29,826 bases of DNA from a virus (Duplodnaviria > Caudoviricetes): positions 1 to 29,826 of the IMG/VR virus record IMGVR_UViG_3300037465_000496. The stretch is one strand, 5' to 3'. The notes below the pieces were generated by a model. The model saw only the letters and a program-made list of their open reading frames with translations, searched no databases and was not told the DNA's origin. Every line of letters starts with the position of its first letter. Within the stretch, counting starts at the first letter, position 1. Both the position numbers and the translations under genes were made by a program. This document shows positions 8,578-18,219 of the stretch, piece after piece.

Positions 8578-10968
8578 CTACGGCTGCGCTGGCGCCGCCG
8601 GGCTCTGCGCCTTCGCCCAGGCGTCCAATGCCGCCTCGTAGTCCCGCTGGGCCTTGAAGTAGGGCACCAGCACGTCCTTCTTGTACCTCTGCTGCTGCGC
8701 CTCGTAGGCGCTGACCGCTTCCGTGCCGCCAATGCGCACGGGGCTCGGCGGAGGAGGAGGCGTCGGCGGGGACGTGGGCTTCGCCGCACCAGCCGCGTAG
8801 GACTTCTCGTAGGTCGGCGCCCGGTAGATGAAGGTCACGTCCTCGGCGCCGGGCACGAACACCCCACGCTTGGACTCCGGCACCGGGATCGCCTCGTCCT
8901 CCAGCCAGATCCCGCGCTGGACCGGGGCGGGCTTCTCCTCGGGCTTGGCCGGGGCGGGAGCGGGCGGCTTGGCCTTCGCTTCGACGGCGGGCCCCCCGTA
9001 GAGCGCTCCCACGTTGGCGCGCGCGGGTGCGGGCGGCTCGATTCCCTCGGGGACCAGTGGCTGCTTGATCGCGGCCAGAGCGGCCTTCTCCGGCTGCTGG
9101 AACATTACGTCTCCGGTCTCCACCGGGACCTCTGCCCACGCCTGGGGCGCCTTGGCCTCCGCCACCTCGTCGGCAAGCTCCCGTCCACCCATGCTGTCCG
9201 GTGCGAACATCGTGCCGGCGGCCAGCAGCCCCCGCCCGTCGAGCACCTGGAGCGTGCCGTCCTCGTACTGGATGAACTCCATTCCATCTGCCAGCGTGAT
9301 CAGTCGCCACTTCCCGTGGCCGCCCCGCAGATCCGCAGGGCCTGGCTCCTTCCTGGCGGCTTCGGCACGCTGCTCGGGCGTGAGCGTGCGCGTGAAGGCC
9401 TCGGCCTCGGGTGCCTCGCGCTCGATCGCCTCGGCGAAGCCGGGAGTCTCCGCGGAGATGGGCGCCCCGGTCCGCCTCACCTCTTCCTCCACCAGCAGGT
9501 CGCGGCGGCGTTCGTCGAGCAGGTCGGGCTCCTCGGGGGCGGCGAACGGGGCGAACTTCTTGCTTGGGGTGTACGCCTCCAGGCGCCGGCGCGCCTCGTC
9601 CAGCGCGTTGAGCGAGGCGAAGCCCGGCCGCCGGCGGCCGATCAGCGGGGCGAAGATGCGCCCCAACGGGGACACGAAGAAACCCCGCCCCTCCTCGCGC
9701 CCTTTCTCCGAGAGCTGCTGGCGGATCTCGCGCGGGTCGGTCACGCCCGACTGGATCAGCTTCACGCCCTCGTAGAACTCGTGCGGGTGCCGGCTCGCGT
9801 AGAGCGCCGCCCGGGTCACGCCGGGAAAGCCCATCGCGTGCGCCCACAACTCGAAGCCGGGGACCGCGCGCATGTCCGCGAGCCCCTTCTTGAAGGGGTC
9901 CTCCGGGTGGAGCGCCTGCTCCAGGCCCGCCAGCTCGGCCAGGATCATCTGCTTGCCGAGCGTGGTGCCGTCCGGGGTCGGCATGGACATGACCTGCTGC
10001 CCATAGACCTCGGGCCCGCCCGCTACCAGCCCCTCCATCTCTCCCAGCGAGCGCTCCATCTCCTGGAGGTACTGGGCCGGGATGCCGAGCGTGGCGAGCT
10101 TGGCGACCTGCTCCTTGTAGTAGTTCACGTTGTCGAGCGCCTGGTTCTGCTCCTGCTTGAACATGGCGACGGCGGCGGGGTCGCCCCAGCCGGCGGCTGC
10201 CTCGACCTTCTGGACCGCAGGGGCCGACAACGATTCGGCCATCGCCCAGAGCGCCTCGTCCGCGACCGCCAGTCCCGCGGCCTCGGTATAGCTCTTGGCG
10301 GCGGTGTAGTTCGACCAGAGGATCGCGTCGGTCGTGGCCTTCCCGGTGGCGAGCCGCTGGGTCTGCGACATCGCCTGGGTGTTGAGCTGCTCGATCGCGG
10401 TGTTCGCAATCAGCGAGGCGTCCATCTGGTTGCCGGCGAGGTGCTGCGCGATCGCGCCGTAGACGCCGGACCCCCTGGGGTTCGCCTCGTCCGGGAGCCC
10501 CAACCCCTCGGCCTTGGCGATCCCGCGGAGCTGCTGCGCGAGTTGCTGGCCCGCACCCTGCCCGCTGGCGATGTCCGCCACCACCGTCTGGTTGTGGGTC
10601 GCCACCACCGTGTTGATGGGCTTCATCGCCTCGTCGGGCGGCTGGAGCAGGAGGATCTGCTGCGACTTCTCCAGCGACTCGTCCCACACCTTCAAGGCGT
10701 CGGCCGCGGCCTGCTGGGACATCGCCCCGGCCTTGGCCCCCTCCGCGATCGCGCTCAGGAAGTTCGCCCGCGCCGAGATCAGTGAGGCGTACATCGAGCC
10801 GTAGCTGGTGGTGATGTCCTTCTGGAGCTGCGTTTCCGCGATGCTGACTTCGTTCAGCAGCCCGATGTACTTCTGCCGAAGCTCGTGGTACAGCTCCGGG
10901 TCCATCCCGGCGGGCGGCGTCGAGTAGCCCTGGGCGAAGGCGGCGGCGAGGTCGATGGGGGTCGGCAT
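8578..10968 (-). CDS. Putative internal virion / ejection protein (796 aa)
   Basis: GGGAG RBS; Ala/Gln/Glu-rich helical composition; middle gene of the small-medium-large trio typical of podovirus ejectosomes. Function inferred from position. Confidence 0.6.
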   Translation of the reverse strand: MPTPIDLAAAFAQGYSTPPAGMDPELYHELRQKYIGLLNEVSIAETQLQKDITTSYGSMYASLISARANFLSAIAEGAKAGAMSQQAAADALKVWDESLEKSQQILLLQPPDEAMKPINTVVATHNQTVVADIASGQGAGQQLAQQLRGIAKAEGLGLPDEANPRGSGVYGAIAQHLAGNQMDASLIANTAIEQLNTQAMSQTQRLATGKATTDAILWSNYTAAKSYTEAAGLAVADEALWAMAESLSAPAVQKVEAAAGWGDPAAVAMFKQEQNQALDNVNYYKEQVAKLATLGIPAQYLQEMERSLGEMEGLVAGGPEVYGQQVMSMPTPDGTTLGKQMILAELAGLEQALHPEDPFKKGLADMRAVPGFELWAHAMGFPGVTRAALYASRHPHEFYEGVKLIQSGVTDPREIRQQLSEKGREEGRGFFVSPLGRIFAPLIGRRRPGFASLNALDEARRRLEAYTPSKKFAPFAAPEEPDLLDERRRDLLVEEEVRRTGAPISAETPGFAEAIEREAPEAEAFTRTLTPEQRAEAARKEPGPADLRGGHGKWRLITLADGMEFIQYEDGTLQVLDGRGLLAAGTMFAPDSMGGRELADEVAEAKAPQAWAEVPVETGDVMFQQPEKAALAAIKQPLVPEGIEPPAPARANVGALYGGPAVEAKAKPPAPAPAKPEEKPAPVQRGIWLEDEAIPVPESKRGVFVPGAEDVTFIYRAPTYEKSYAAGAAKPTSPPTPPPPPSPVRIGGTEAVSAYEAQQQRYKKDVLVPYFKAQRDYEAALDAWAKAQSPAAPAQP

Positions 10969-10977
10969 GAAGGACTC

Positions 10978-11568
10978 CTACCCGGCGGCCAGGTAGTTCG
11001 GCTGGACCGGCGCACCCACGCTGACCCCCTGCGCGGTCTGGGACATCGCGGCGCCCTGCTTGCCGGCGAGGGACTGCCCGGACTTCGATGCGCCTGCGAG
11101 GAGGGACGGATCCACCTTCTCCAGTTCGCCCAGCGCGGCCATCCGCCGCTGGTACTCCAGGTTCGTCGCGTTGAGCAAACCCTGGAGGTAGTCCTCCTGG
11201 GCCTTCTTCATCGCCTCGGCGTCGAGCGCCTGGATCTGCGACATCGCCTGGTTCATCGCCTGCTGGCCCTGCTGTTGGATCGCGGAGGCCGCGGTCTGCG
11301 CCTGGCCCGAGGTGGCGAGGTTCCCCTGCTGCCCGCGAAGCAGGTCCGCGGTGGCCTGCTGCTGGGCCGCCTGTACCTGGCCGGCGGCTTCCGCCTGGAG
11401 TCGCTGGCGCTGGCCGGCGCCGAGCCCGGTGCCGGACGCGAGCTGCTTGGCCTGCCCTTCCAGGTAGTCCCGGTATGCCCGCTCGGTCTTGGAGGGCCGG
11501 TAGACCGCGGCCGCCTTGGCGAACGGCGCAAGGAACTGGGCGATCTGGAGGAGTGCAGCGAGATCCAT
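10978..11568 (-). CDS. Putative small internal virion (pilot-like) protein (196 aa)
   Basis: AGGAG RBS; hydrophobic N-terminus (MDLAALLQIAQFLAPFAKAAA) followed by Gln/Ala/Gly-rich helices; first gene of the ejection trio. Confidence 0.6.
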   Translation of the reverse strand: MDLAALLQIAQFLAPFAKAAAVYRPSKTERAYRDYLEGQAKQLASGTGLGAGQRQRLQAEAAGQVQAAQQQATADLLRGQQGNLATSGQAQTAASAIQQQGQQAMNQAMSQIQALDAEAMKKAQEDYLQGLLNATNLEYQRRMAALGELEKVDPSLLAGASKSGQSLAGKQGAAMSQTAQGVSVGAPVQPNYLAAG

Positions 11569-11596
11569 CGTGGGCTCCTACCACCCCATTGTAGGG

Positions 11597-12340
11597 TCAA
11601 CCGGGCGGGGCAGAATAGCGCAGGGCCAGGGCCCAGACCCCACCCGTGGGCGCGATCAGCTTGCATCGCTCCTCGTCCGGCTCGAAGATCCGCGCCCACA
11701 TCGTGACCTCGATCTGGTAATAGCCGGGATCGGTCACGAGTTGGCGGCCCTGCTTGTGTACCCACTTCCACACCCGCTCGGTGCCCTCGCCCGAGTAGGG
11801 GCCCACGGCGGGCGTACCGGTGGATGCCCGGTTCGGCGGCAGCCGCACGTAGAGCGCCTGCTTCACCGCCTGCGAGAAGCGGAGCCGCGCCTCCCAGTAC
11901 TCGCGGTTGGGGAACTGTTCGTCGTTCTCCCAGATCGTCGCGTCCTGCCGAAAGAAGGCCTGGTAGCCGAAGATCACCAGCGCGGGCCATGGCACGAAAA
12001 ACCGCAGGCAGAGCGCCGCGTGCTTGATGCGCTGGTCCTCGGTTCCCTGGAAGCCGTCCCCGAAGGTCGCGCCGTCGCCGTCGAGCTGGCGTGCGTACTG
12101 GAACTCCCGGCGGTCGAAGCCCTGGTAAAACCCGCGCGCGAACGCACCATGCTGGCAGGCCCAGGCCTGGATCTGGCCGAAGACCCCGTTCATCTGGTCC
12201 TCGTCCAGTCCACCGTGGAGCATCTCTGCGCTCTCGGGCGGGTTCTTCGGCGCCCAGAGCCCATTGTCGCCGGCGTCCCGGTAGATTTCCTCCGGGTCCA
12301 CCGTGGACGAGGCGAGCACAAGCGGGGGAAGTACGGGCAT
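11597..12340 (-). CDS. Hypothetical virion/tail protein (247 aa)
   Basis: AGGAGG RBS; beta-rich C-terminal half; lies between nozzle and ejection genes. Confidence 0.55.
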   Translation of the reverse strand: MPVLPPLVLASSTVDPEEIYRDAGDNGLWAPKNPPESAEMLHGGLDEDQMNGVFGQIQAWACQHGAFARGFYQGFDRREFQYARQLDGDGATFGDGFQGTEDQRIKHAALCLRFFVPWPALVIFGYQAFFRQDATIWENDEQFPNREYWEARLRFSQAVKQALYVRLPPNRASTGTPAVGPYSGEGTERVWKWVHKQGRQLVTDPGYYQIEVTMWARIFEPDEERCKLIAPTGGVWALALRYSAPPG

Positions 12341-12349
12341 GGGAACCTC

Positions 12350-13036
12350 CTACTCGTCCACGTAGAAGGCGATGAAGCCGATCACCCCGTGGGGAATCTC
12401 GAAGTCCTCGGGCCGATTCGCGCCGGCGTAGCCCCCGCGGGAACCCGCGCCGCGGACCTTGATGAAGTCGAGCGTCCAGTTGCCGCCGATGTTGACCTCG
12501 TCGATCACGAAGCAGATGGCGAAGGGCTCCTCGATGCCGGCGACCAAGTCCACGCCGTGGTCCGGCAGCACGCGCTCGGAGGCCTGGATCATCCCGCTGT
12601 TCATCAGCTTCCAGTTCTCGATCCCGTTCACCGAGAACCCCACCGCGAGCCAGCCCTGCTGGTCGGGCTGGATGGGCGTGCCCTCGAAGTTCTGGCACCG
12701 GCAGTTGAACCACACCAGCACCTTGCAGGGGGGCAGCGTGTAGCCGGCGCCACCGTTGTCCAGCGTGTAGGAGGAGAGGAGCTTCATCGTGGACAGCTCC
12801 AGCGAGGTCTCCTCGTCGATCCGGTCCCCGTCGTTCTCGGCGTCGAAAAACTCCAGGGTGGTGACCTCCTTGTAGTCGTGGCCGACCACGATCGTGGGCA
12901 GGTGCTGGGGCCCGAGCGCGTGCCGCTCGATGTTGCCCGAGTTCATCGCGTTCACGGTTGCACGCAGCGTGTCGAACATCGACGTGATCGAACTGGTGGT
13001 GATCGTGTCGCCGCTCTCGGGGGGATCGATGGGCAC
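12350..13036 (-). CDS. Hypothetical virion/tail protein (228 aa)
   Basis: GTG one base after the upstream TAG; N-terminus (GDTITTSSITSMFDTLRATVNAMNSGNIERHAL) resembles a fibre/needle anchor helix; beta-rich remainder. Confidence 0.55.
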   Translation of the reverse strand: MPIDPPESGDTITTSSITSMFDTLRATVNAMNSGNIERHALGPQHLPTIVVGHDYKEVTTLEFFDAENDGDRIDEETSLELSTMKLLSSYTLDNGGAGYTLPPCKVLVWFNCRCQNFEGTPIQPDQQGWLAVGFSVNGIENWKLMNSGMIQASERVLPDHGVDLVAGIEEPFAICFVIDEVNIGGNWTLDFIKVRGAGSRGGYAGANRPEDFEIPHGVIGFIAFYVDE

Positions 13037-13037
13037 G

Positions 13038-13835
13038 CTAGCTCCCGAGCAAGAGCCCGAAGGGGAAGGAGATCACGATCAGCCGGCGGTGGCCAAGGCA
13101 CACCCCGGTCGTGGGCGGGTCCTGGTGGTAGCCCATCTCCTCGTCCATCTCCGCGACCTCGGAGTTGGGGCTGTCCGCGGTCCAGGCCTGCCCGGCGTAG
13201 AGCTGGACCACGTGCGAGCCGGCAGGGATCAGCCCCATCCAGGTGATGTTGGAGCGGTTGGAGCGCCGCCGGTAGCCGGCACCCCGGTAGCGGCTGTTCA
13301 CCGGCACGGCGTCCGGGCCGGCGCCCGCCTGCGTCACCCCGTCCAGCCCGATGCGGATCTTGGCCCGGATGAAGTAGTCCTTCGGCTCCTCGGGGGTCCC
13401 GAACTGGTCGTCCCGCTCGCGCACGTACTGGTAGTCGGCGATGACCCACACCAACTCCGGGAAGGGCGTGTTCCACTCGACCCGGGGATCCGGCACGGGG
13501 TTGAGCCCGCGATTGAAGGGGATCTGGAAGAGGTTGGGATCGGGGGTGGCGCCGGCGACGATCCCGTTCCGCAGGATGGGGTTCTCCGTGTCCGGGTTCG
13601 CCACCGCCCCGTTGAAGACCTCCTGGTAGAGGTGGGCCTCGACCTCGGAGAAGCGGATGCGGACCGGGTGCCCCACTTTGAGGTGGCGCTCGTCGGAGAA
13701 GGCGTCCTCGGCCCACTGGTGCTGGGTGGTGCGCTGGGCGATCCGGTGCAGCTCCACCATGTCCCCGGCCAGGCGCTCGGGGTCCACCACCTCGTCGGGC
13801 ATGTTGCCGAAGGGCGCCGGGATAAAGGGCTTCAT
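13038..13835 (-). CDS. Hypothetical virion/tail protein (265 aa; start MKPFIPAP, shorter than the ORF-track call)
   Basis: ATG at 13835 overlaps the nozzle TGA (ATGA). The longer ORF-track extension lies inside the nozzle gene and reads as off-frame sequence. Confidence 0.6.
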   Translation of the reverse strand: MKPFIPAPFGNMPDEVVDPERLAGDMVELHRIAQRTTQHQWAEDAFSDERHLKVGHPVRIRFSEVEAHLYQEVFNGAVANPDTENPILRNGIVAGATPDPNLFQIPFNRGLNPVPDPRVEWNTPFPELVWVIADYQYVRERDDQFGTPEEPKDYFIRAKIRIGLDGVTQAGAGPDAVPVNSRYRGAGYRRRSNRSNITWMGLIPAGSHVVQLYAGQAWTADSPNSEVAEMDEEMGYHQDPPTTGVCLGHRRLIVISFPFGLLLGS

Positions 13836-16060
13836 GCGGCGCTCGGGGTGCGGCCGGCGATGGTGGCGATCGCGGGTCCGTGCACCGTGCCCGCGAAGAA
13901 CGCCATCGCCCCGAACGTGGAGACCTCGACCATCAGCACCTGGAAGCCCTCGGCGCCGAGCGGGATCTGCTGGGAGAAGATGCGAACCGACCGGTACACG
14001 CTCTCCCCGTAACGGGCCGGCGAGCCCGCGGACCCGCCCGAGTAGTAGGCGATATCGTCGTTCTCCGGGTGCGCGCGCGTCCCGGTCGTCTCCTCGGTCT
14101 GAGGCGCGTCCAGGTTCCAGTCCACGAAGCTCCGCGTCGTGAAGAGCCCGAACCCGCGCTCTTCCTGCATGAGCAGGAAGTGATTGCCGTTCCAGTAGGC
14201 TTGGTGCACCTGCCCGTCGAGTGAGGACCAGCCCGTCCGGTAGACCGCCTCGCGCGGGGGCCACACCTCGCCAGGATAGCCCCGACCGTAGATCCAGACC
14301 GCCGGGTTGGGGAACAGCGGCAGAATCGATCCTGGGGCGGCTACGACGCTTCCCGCCAGCAGTACGATGTCGCTCCCCGGCACCGAAAGCGCCGCGCCCA
14401 CGGCGAGGTCATCCCCGAGTCGCCAGCCGAGGCTCAGGTAGTCCCAGACGAAGTGCATGTCGTTCGTCTCGGAGTCGTCGGTCGGCAGCGCGAAGCGGAC
14501 CTCGCCCTGGACCCGGTCGATCCAGGACCGCCCGAAGCGGGCCCCGGTCTTGTTGACCCGCTTGAGCCGCTTGCGAATGGGGGCGCCCACGTCGATCACG
14601 GATCCGTCCGTGGGGTCGAAGCGCCAGAAGGTCCCCGCCCCGTACCAGATCACCGAGCCGTCCGGGCAGTTCTGGACCAGCTCGGGCCCAGCGAGCCCGG
14701 CCTTGCGGTGGAGCGTCCCGAAGCCCCAGTCCGGGAAGGTGCCGGCGATGTAGTGGGTGGCCTCCTCCTTGAAGACCAGCATCATCGTCGAACCGTCGCC
14801 CACCGCGGGGCGCGTCGTGATCGAACCCGTGATTGCCCCGGTCTCCGGAAACAGTTCCCGCCAGTGCCCGAGCAGGATCGACTCCGCCACGGTCCCGAAG
14901 GGGCCCTGCTCGCTCCACCACACGCGCGAGGGATTCCCCGGCGTGCGCATCAGCCAGGCGCTCCCGCCGAAGAACTCCAGGAAGAAGAACCCGTGCGGGG
15001 TAGCCTCGCGCTCCTGCCACGGCGCCCCCAGCTCGCCGTCCGGGATGTCGTCGATCCACTCCCGGGCCACGTTGTTGGGGACCCGGTGCAGGAAGTGGTA
15101 GCCCCCGGTGTTCCCGGTCGGCAGGAACTCCAGGTTCGCAGTGCGCACGAGGATCTTGGCCACGGTCCCGGGCGGACCCTCGGGCAGGTTCCGCAGCCAG
15201 AACCTGCGCTTAAGAATCTCCATCGGCAGCCCGTTGCCGGGCTCGGCCACCTGCCGGCGGATGGTGCAGATCGGCCCGGCCGGGGAGGTCGCCGAGTAGG
15301 CGCCGTCCACGTTCTCCCAGACCACCCCGTACTTCCAGCGCCCATTGTGGATCCCGCCCACGGGCTCGGCGTGGGCGTAGTTGTTGGACCCAAAGGTCTT
15401 CTCGACCAACCGGGTGAAGGCGGGATCGGTGGTTCCGATCCGGCCCGGCATGGAGAAGCCGCCGTCGTTGGGGAAGTCGGCGTCGAGCCGGTCGGTGGAC
15501 GGTCCCTGGGCGTCGATCGGCCCCGGCTTGTCGGGGTAGCCGAACCGGCGCAGCCGATCCCCGTCCCAGACCCAGGCCCCGCCGCCGTCGCAGAAGGTGA
15601 AGTAGAGCCGGTTTCCGAGCGCGCGAAGCTGGGGCGGGTAGTGGATCTTCCCCTGTGGCGTGACCGAAACCGCGGCGTTGGACTCGCCGTCGTACCGATA
15701 CTCCAGCACCTCCTCCAGCCCGCGCATCCCCGCCACCGCGGTCTGCCGGTTCCAGGGCGCGTACCGGAACACGCCGGTCTTGGTGAGGAAGATCACCTCG
15801 GGGCGCTCCCCACCGTCGAGCGCGACGTACCCGATGGCGAGGACCCCGTCGTCGAGCACCGGGTCCGGCGCCGCCTGGCCGGGGTTCCACTCCACCGGAA
15901 AGAGCTTCATCTTCCGCTGGGTGGAGTCCAGGAAGCCCTGGGGATCCAGCCGCCAGTTGAGGATCAGGTTGGCGTACTGCCCCTCGGAGTCGAAGGGCAC
16001 CTCGGCCATGACCTTCGCGCCCGCCGCCATCCGGGTCGCGTGCTGGGGGCGCGTGGACAC
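13832..16060 (-). CDS. Putative tail nozzle / tail tubular protein B-like (about 742 aa)
   Basis: GTG at 16060 overlaps the adaptor TAG (TAGTG), with GAGGA upstream; ATGs at about 16030 and 16009 are alternative starts. Beta-propeller-like segments (NRLYFTFCDGGGAWVWDG, SRVWWSE, GAITG, MLVFKEEATHYIAG, GSVIWYGAGTFWRFD) and position after the adaptor. Confidence 0.7.
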   Translation of the reverse strand: MSTRPQHATRMAAGAKVMAEVPFDSEGQYANLILNWRLDPQGFLDSTQRKMKLFPVEWNPGQAAPDPVLDDGVLAIGYVALDGGERPEVIFLTKTGVFRYAPWNRQTAVAGMRGLEEVLEYRYDGESNAAVSVTPQGKIHYPPQLRALGNRLYFTFCDGGGAWVWDGDRLRRFGYPDKPGPIDAQGPSTDRLDADFPNDGGFSMPGRIGTTDPAFTRLVEKTFGSNNYAHAEPVGGIHNGRWKYGVVWENVDGAYSATSPAGPICTIRRQVAEPGNGLPMEILKRRFWLRNLPEGPPGTVAKILVRTANLEFLPTGNTGGYHFLHRVPNNVAREWIDDIPDGELGAPWQEREATPHGFFFLEFFGGSAWLMRTPGNPSRVWWSEQGPFGTVAESILLGHWRELFPETGAITGSITTRPAVGDGSTMMLVFKEEATHYIAGTFPDWGFGTLHRKAGLAGPELVQNCPDGSVIWYGAGTFWRFDPTDGSVIDVGAPIRKRLKRVNKTGARFGRSWIDRVQGEVRFALPTDDSETNDMHFVWDYLSLGWRLGDDLAVGAALSVPGSDIVLLAGSVVAAPGSILPLFPNPAVWIYGRGYPGEVWPPREAVYRTGWSSLDGQVHQAYWNGNHFLLMQEERGFGLFTTRSFVDWNLDAPQTEETTGTRAHPENDDIAYYSGGSAGSPARYGESVYRSVRIFSQQIPLGAEGFQVLMVEVSTFGAMAFFAGTVHGPAIATIAGRTPSAA

Positions 16061-17613
16061 TAGGGGGCTTCCTCGACCGGTCCGTGATCCAGGATGCGGA
16101 GCCCGCTGTGGTCCACGTGCAGCCCGTCCCCGAAGGAGACGTTGTCGTGCCCGGGGGTCGCCTGCTCCCGACGCAGCCGGTCCAACTCGGCTAGGTAGGC
16201 CTTGTAGAAGAAGCTCTCGGAGTCCAGTTCCCCATCGCGCCGGCCCAGCAGGTAGGCCCCCACGAGGTTCGCCAGCGCCATGTGGCACTCCTCGGGGAGG
16301 TTCGGCGAGTCGTAGTCGTGCATCAGCGGTTGCGGTCGCCGCCTGGCCTGGGCCAGCACGTGGTTGTCCGGCGAGGCCGGGAGCCGGTCGAACATCAGGT
16401 GCGTGTGCCCGTGGAAGTCCCGGAGCTGGAAGCCGCGGTCCACCGGGTCGGTGTCCCCGTGGTCGAAGGTCACGGTCTCGAAGCCAGCCGTGATCTTCCA
16501 CAGGTAGTAGATCCCGTCCGCCTCCACGCTCTTCACCAGCGCGTTGTTCCCCGCCGCGGTCGGGTCCTGGGTCGCGTGCCGAGCCCGGAACCACCACTTC
16601 TCCCAGCCGTGGTGGTGGTAGCTCTTGAGCGTGCTGTCCGAGCCGTACCCGCGGTCGTAGTCGAGGTCGGGCGAGTTCAGCACCACCCGGCTGCCGCCCC
16701 AGGTGGTCGTGACCTGCTCGCTCACCTCGGACGGCGAGGACATGTAGAAGGGGAGCAGGGCGCCCCGCTGGAAGGGTCCGCCCCCACCCACGCGATCCCC
16801 GCGCGTCCAGGCGTCGTAGGGCCAGCGCCCCCACACGTGCACGTAGCAGTAGGAGAAGGTGCCGGCCGGACCGTAGTGCGGCGGCAGCGCCGCGTCGTGC
16901 TCCAGCCCCGTCGCCGGCGAGAACCCCCACTTTTGGAAGTTGTTGGGCTGGGCCACCGTCGAGATCAGCGGCTTGAAGTGGGGCGCCGGCAACTGGAAGA
17001 AGTCCCCGCGCGCGTAGCGCGTGACTCGCCCCTCCTCCAGCCAGCCCTCCGCCCAGCGCAGCCGGTCCAGGTCTTCCTTGAACATCGGCCGCAGTTCCTC
17101 GGCGCGCGCGCGATCGGGTTCGTAGTAGACCGAGTCGAGCTGCTTGATGTCCGCCGGGTAGGGGTACTGGTAGGTGTAGATGCTGTACTGGAGCCCGGAG
17201 TCGATGCTGTTGTCCCAGGGCACGTCCACCACGATGTAGAGGTCCGCCGGGGCGCCGAACGGGTCGTTCACCACGTACACGTCCTGGATCCGCCGGTAGA
17301 AGTGGACCCCTCCCCGCGTCACGCGCAGCCACCGCCCTCGCGCCGTCCCATCGGTCGGGATGTCCGGCGGCGGCGGGGTCGCGTCCAGGTGGAAGACCAG
17401 CCGATCCAGCGGGTCGATGGACACCGTGGACACCGAGATGGGCGGCTCCAGCCGGACCCGGTGCTCGTTGCGCAGCAGCGCGTCGGGCAGGTCGGCCCAG
17501 AGTTGGCGCTGGGCCATGTGGAGCAGCGAGATCAGCCGGTTGGTCTGGACCTGGCCGGTGCCGGGGAAGGCGCCGGAGGACCGGATGAAGTCGAAAAGCT
17601 GCTTGCGGTTCAC
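16060..17613 (-). CDS. Putative head-tail adaptor / tail tubular protein A-like, enlarged by inserted domains (517 aa)
   Basis: GTG at 17613 with GGAGG RBS. Adaptor-like N-terminal helices (QLFDFIR...LISLLHMAQRQLWADLP), YPYPADIKQL, and a C-terminal block (RRPQPLMHDYDSPNLPEECHMALANLVGAYLL); follows the capsid and cement genes. Confidence 0.65.
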   Translation of the reverse strand: MNRKQLFDFIRSSGAFPGTGQVQTNRLISLLHMAQRQLWADLPDALLRNEHRVRLEPPISVSTVSIDPLDRLVFHLDATPPPPDIPTDGTARGRWLRVTRGGVHFYRRIQDVYVVNDPFGAPADLYIVVDVPWDNSIDSGLQYSIYTYQYPYPADIKQLDSVYYEPDRARAEELRPMFKEDLDRLRWAEGWLEEGRVTRYARGDFFQLPAPHFKPLISTVAQPNNFQKWGFSPATGLEHDAALPPHYGPAGTFSYCYVHVWGRWPYDAWTRGDRVGGGGPFQRGALLPFYMSSPSEVSEQVTTTWGGSRVVLNSPDLDYDRGYGSDSTLKSYHHHGWEKWWFRARHATQDPTAAGNNALVKSVEADGIYYLWKITAGFETVTFDHGDTDPVDRGFQLRDFHGHTHLMFDRLPASPDNHVLAQARRRPQPLMHDYDSPNLPEECHMALANLVGAYLLGRRDGELDSESFFYKAYLAELDRLRREQATPGHDNVSFGDGLHVDHSGLRILDHGPVEEAP

Positions 17614-17636
17614 GGGAGCCTCCGGGCGGGCCCCGC

Positions 17637-18179
17637 TCAGCCGATGGTGGCGTAGCCCTTGAAGAGATCGCCAGCCATCGCGGCAGCGGCCAGCGCGCGG
17701 CCGACGATGGCGTGCTCCAGGCCGGCGACCGCCGGGTCGTCCACGCGGCCCGCGCCCGAGGCGGTCTTCACCACCAGCAGGGCGTCCTGGGCCACGGCGG
17801 CGTCGGCCATGAAGTCCACCTCGCCGCGGATCACGCCCCAGAACCAGTAGCCGTCCGGGACCGAGTCGGTGCCGCCGTTCACGCGATCGGGGACCACGCC
17901 GCCCACGGTCGCCACGGGCGAGTCGGCCGCGGCCTTCGCATCGCACTCCCAGGCGCTGCTGGCGGAGAGGTTCAGCGTCTCGCCGGTGAGCACGGCGCCG
18001 CCGGTGTTGTTCCGCAGGAGCTTGCGCTTCTGGATCACCTTGGTGCCGTCCGCCACCAGCTCGTAGGCCCAGCGCTCCTCGCCGGGGATCCCGGGGGCGC
18101 CGTTCAGCGGCAGGGTGGTGTCGTACGCCTGCACGTCGTTGGGCTGGTTGAGGTAGACGCGGTCGTCGGCCCAGCTCAT
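17637..18179 (-). CDS. Putative capsid cement / decoration protein (180 aa)
   Basis: Directly after the major capsid gene; GAGGA RBS; VPDGYWFWGVIRGEV...IVGRALAAA pattern resembles beta-tulip (DUF2190-like) cement proteins. Confidence 0.65.
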   Translation of the reverse strand: MSWADDRVYLNQPNDVQAYDTTLPLNGAPGIPGEERWAYELVADGTKVIQKRKLLRNNTGGAVLTGETLNLSASSAWECDAKAAADSPVATVGGVVPDRVNGGTDSVPDGYWFWGVIRGEVDFMADAAVAQDALLVVKTASGAGRVDDPAVAGLEHAIVGRALAAAAMAGDLFKGYATIG

Positions 18180-18219
18180 GGTGAAGTCCTCGAAGAAGAA
18201 GGGGAAGTCGAAACTCGGA

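Noticed and set aside
939-8657. 2572-aa plus-strand ORF antisense to the giant gene
   Set aside because: It is in codon register with the minus-strand gene, so it stays open whenever TTA, CTA and TCA are avoided, as expected with strong G/C third-position bias. The translation is Arg/Gly/His/Leu-rich with no motifs. Its length is striking, but similar shadows cover other genes.
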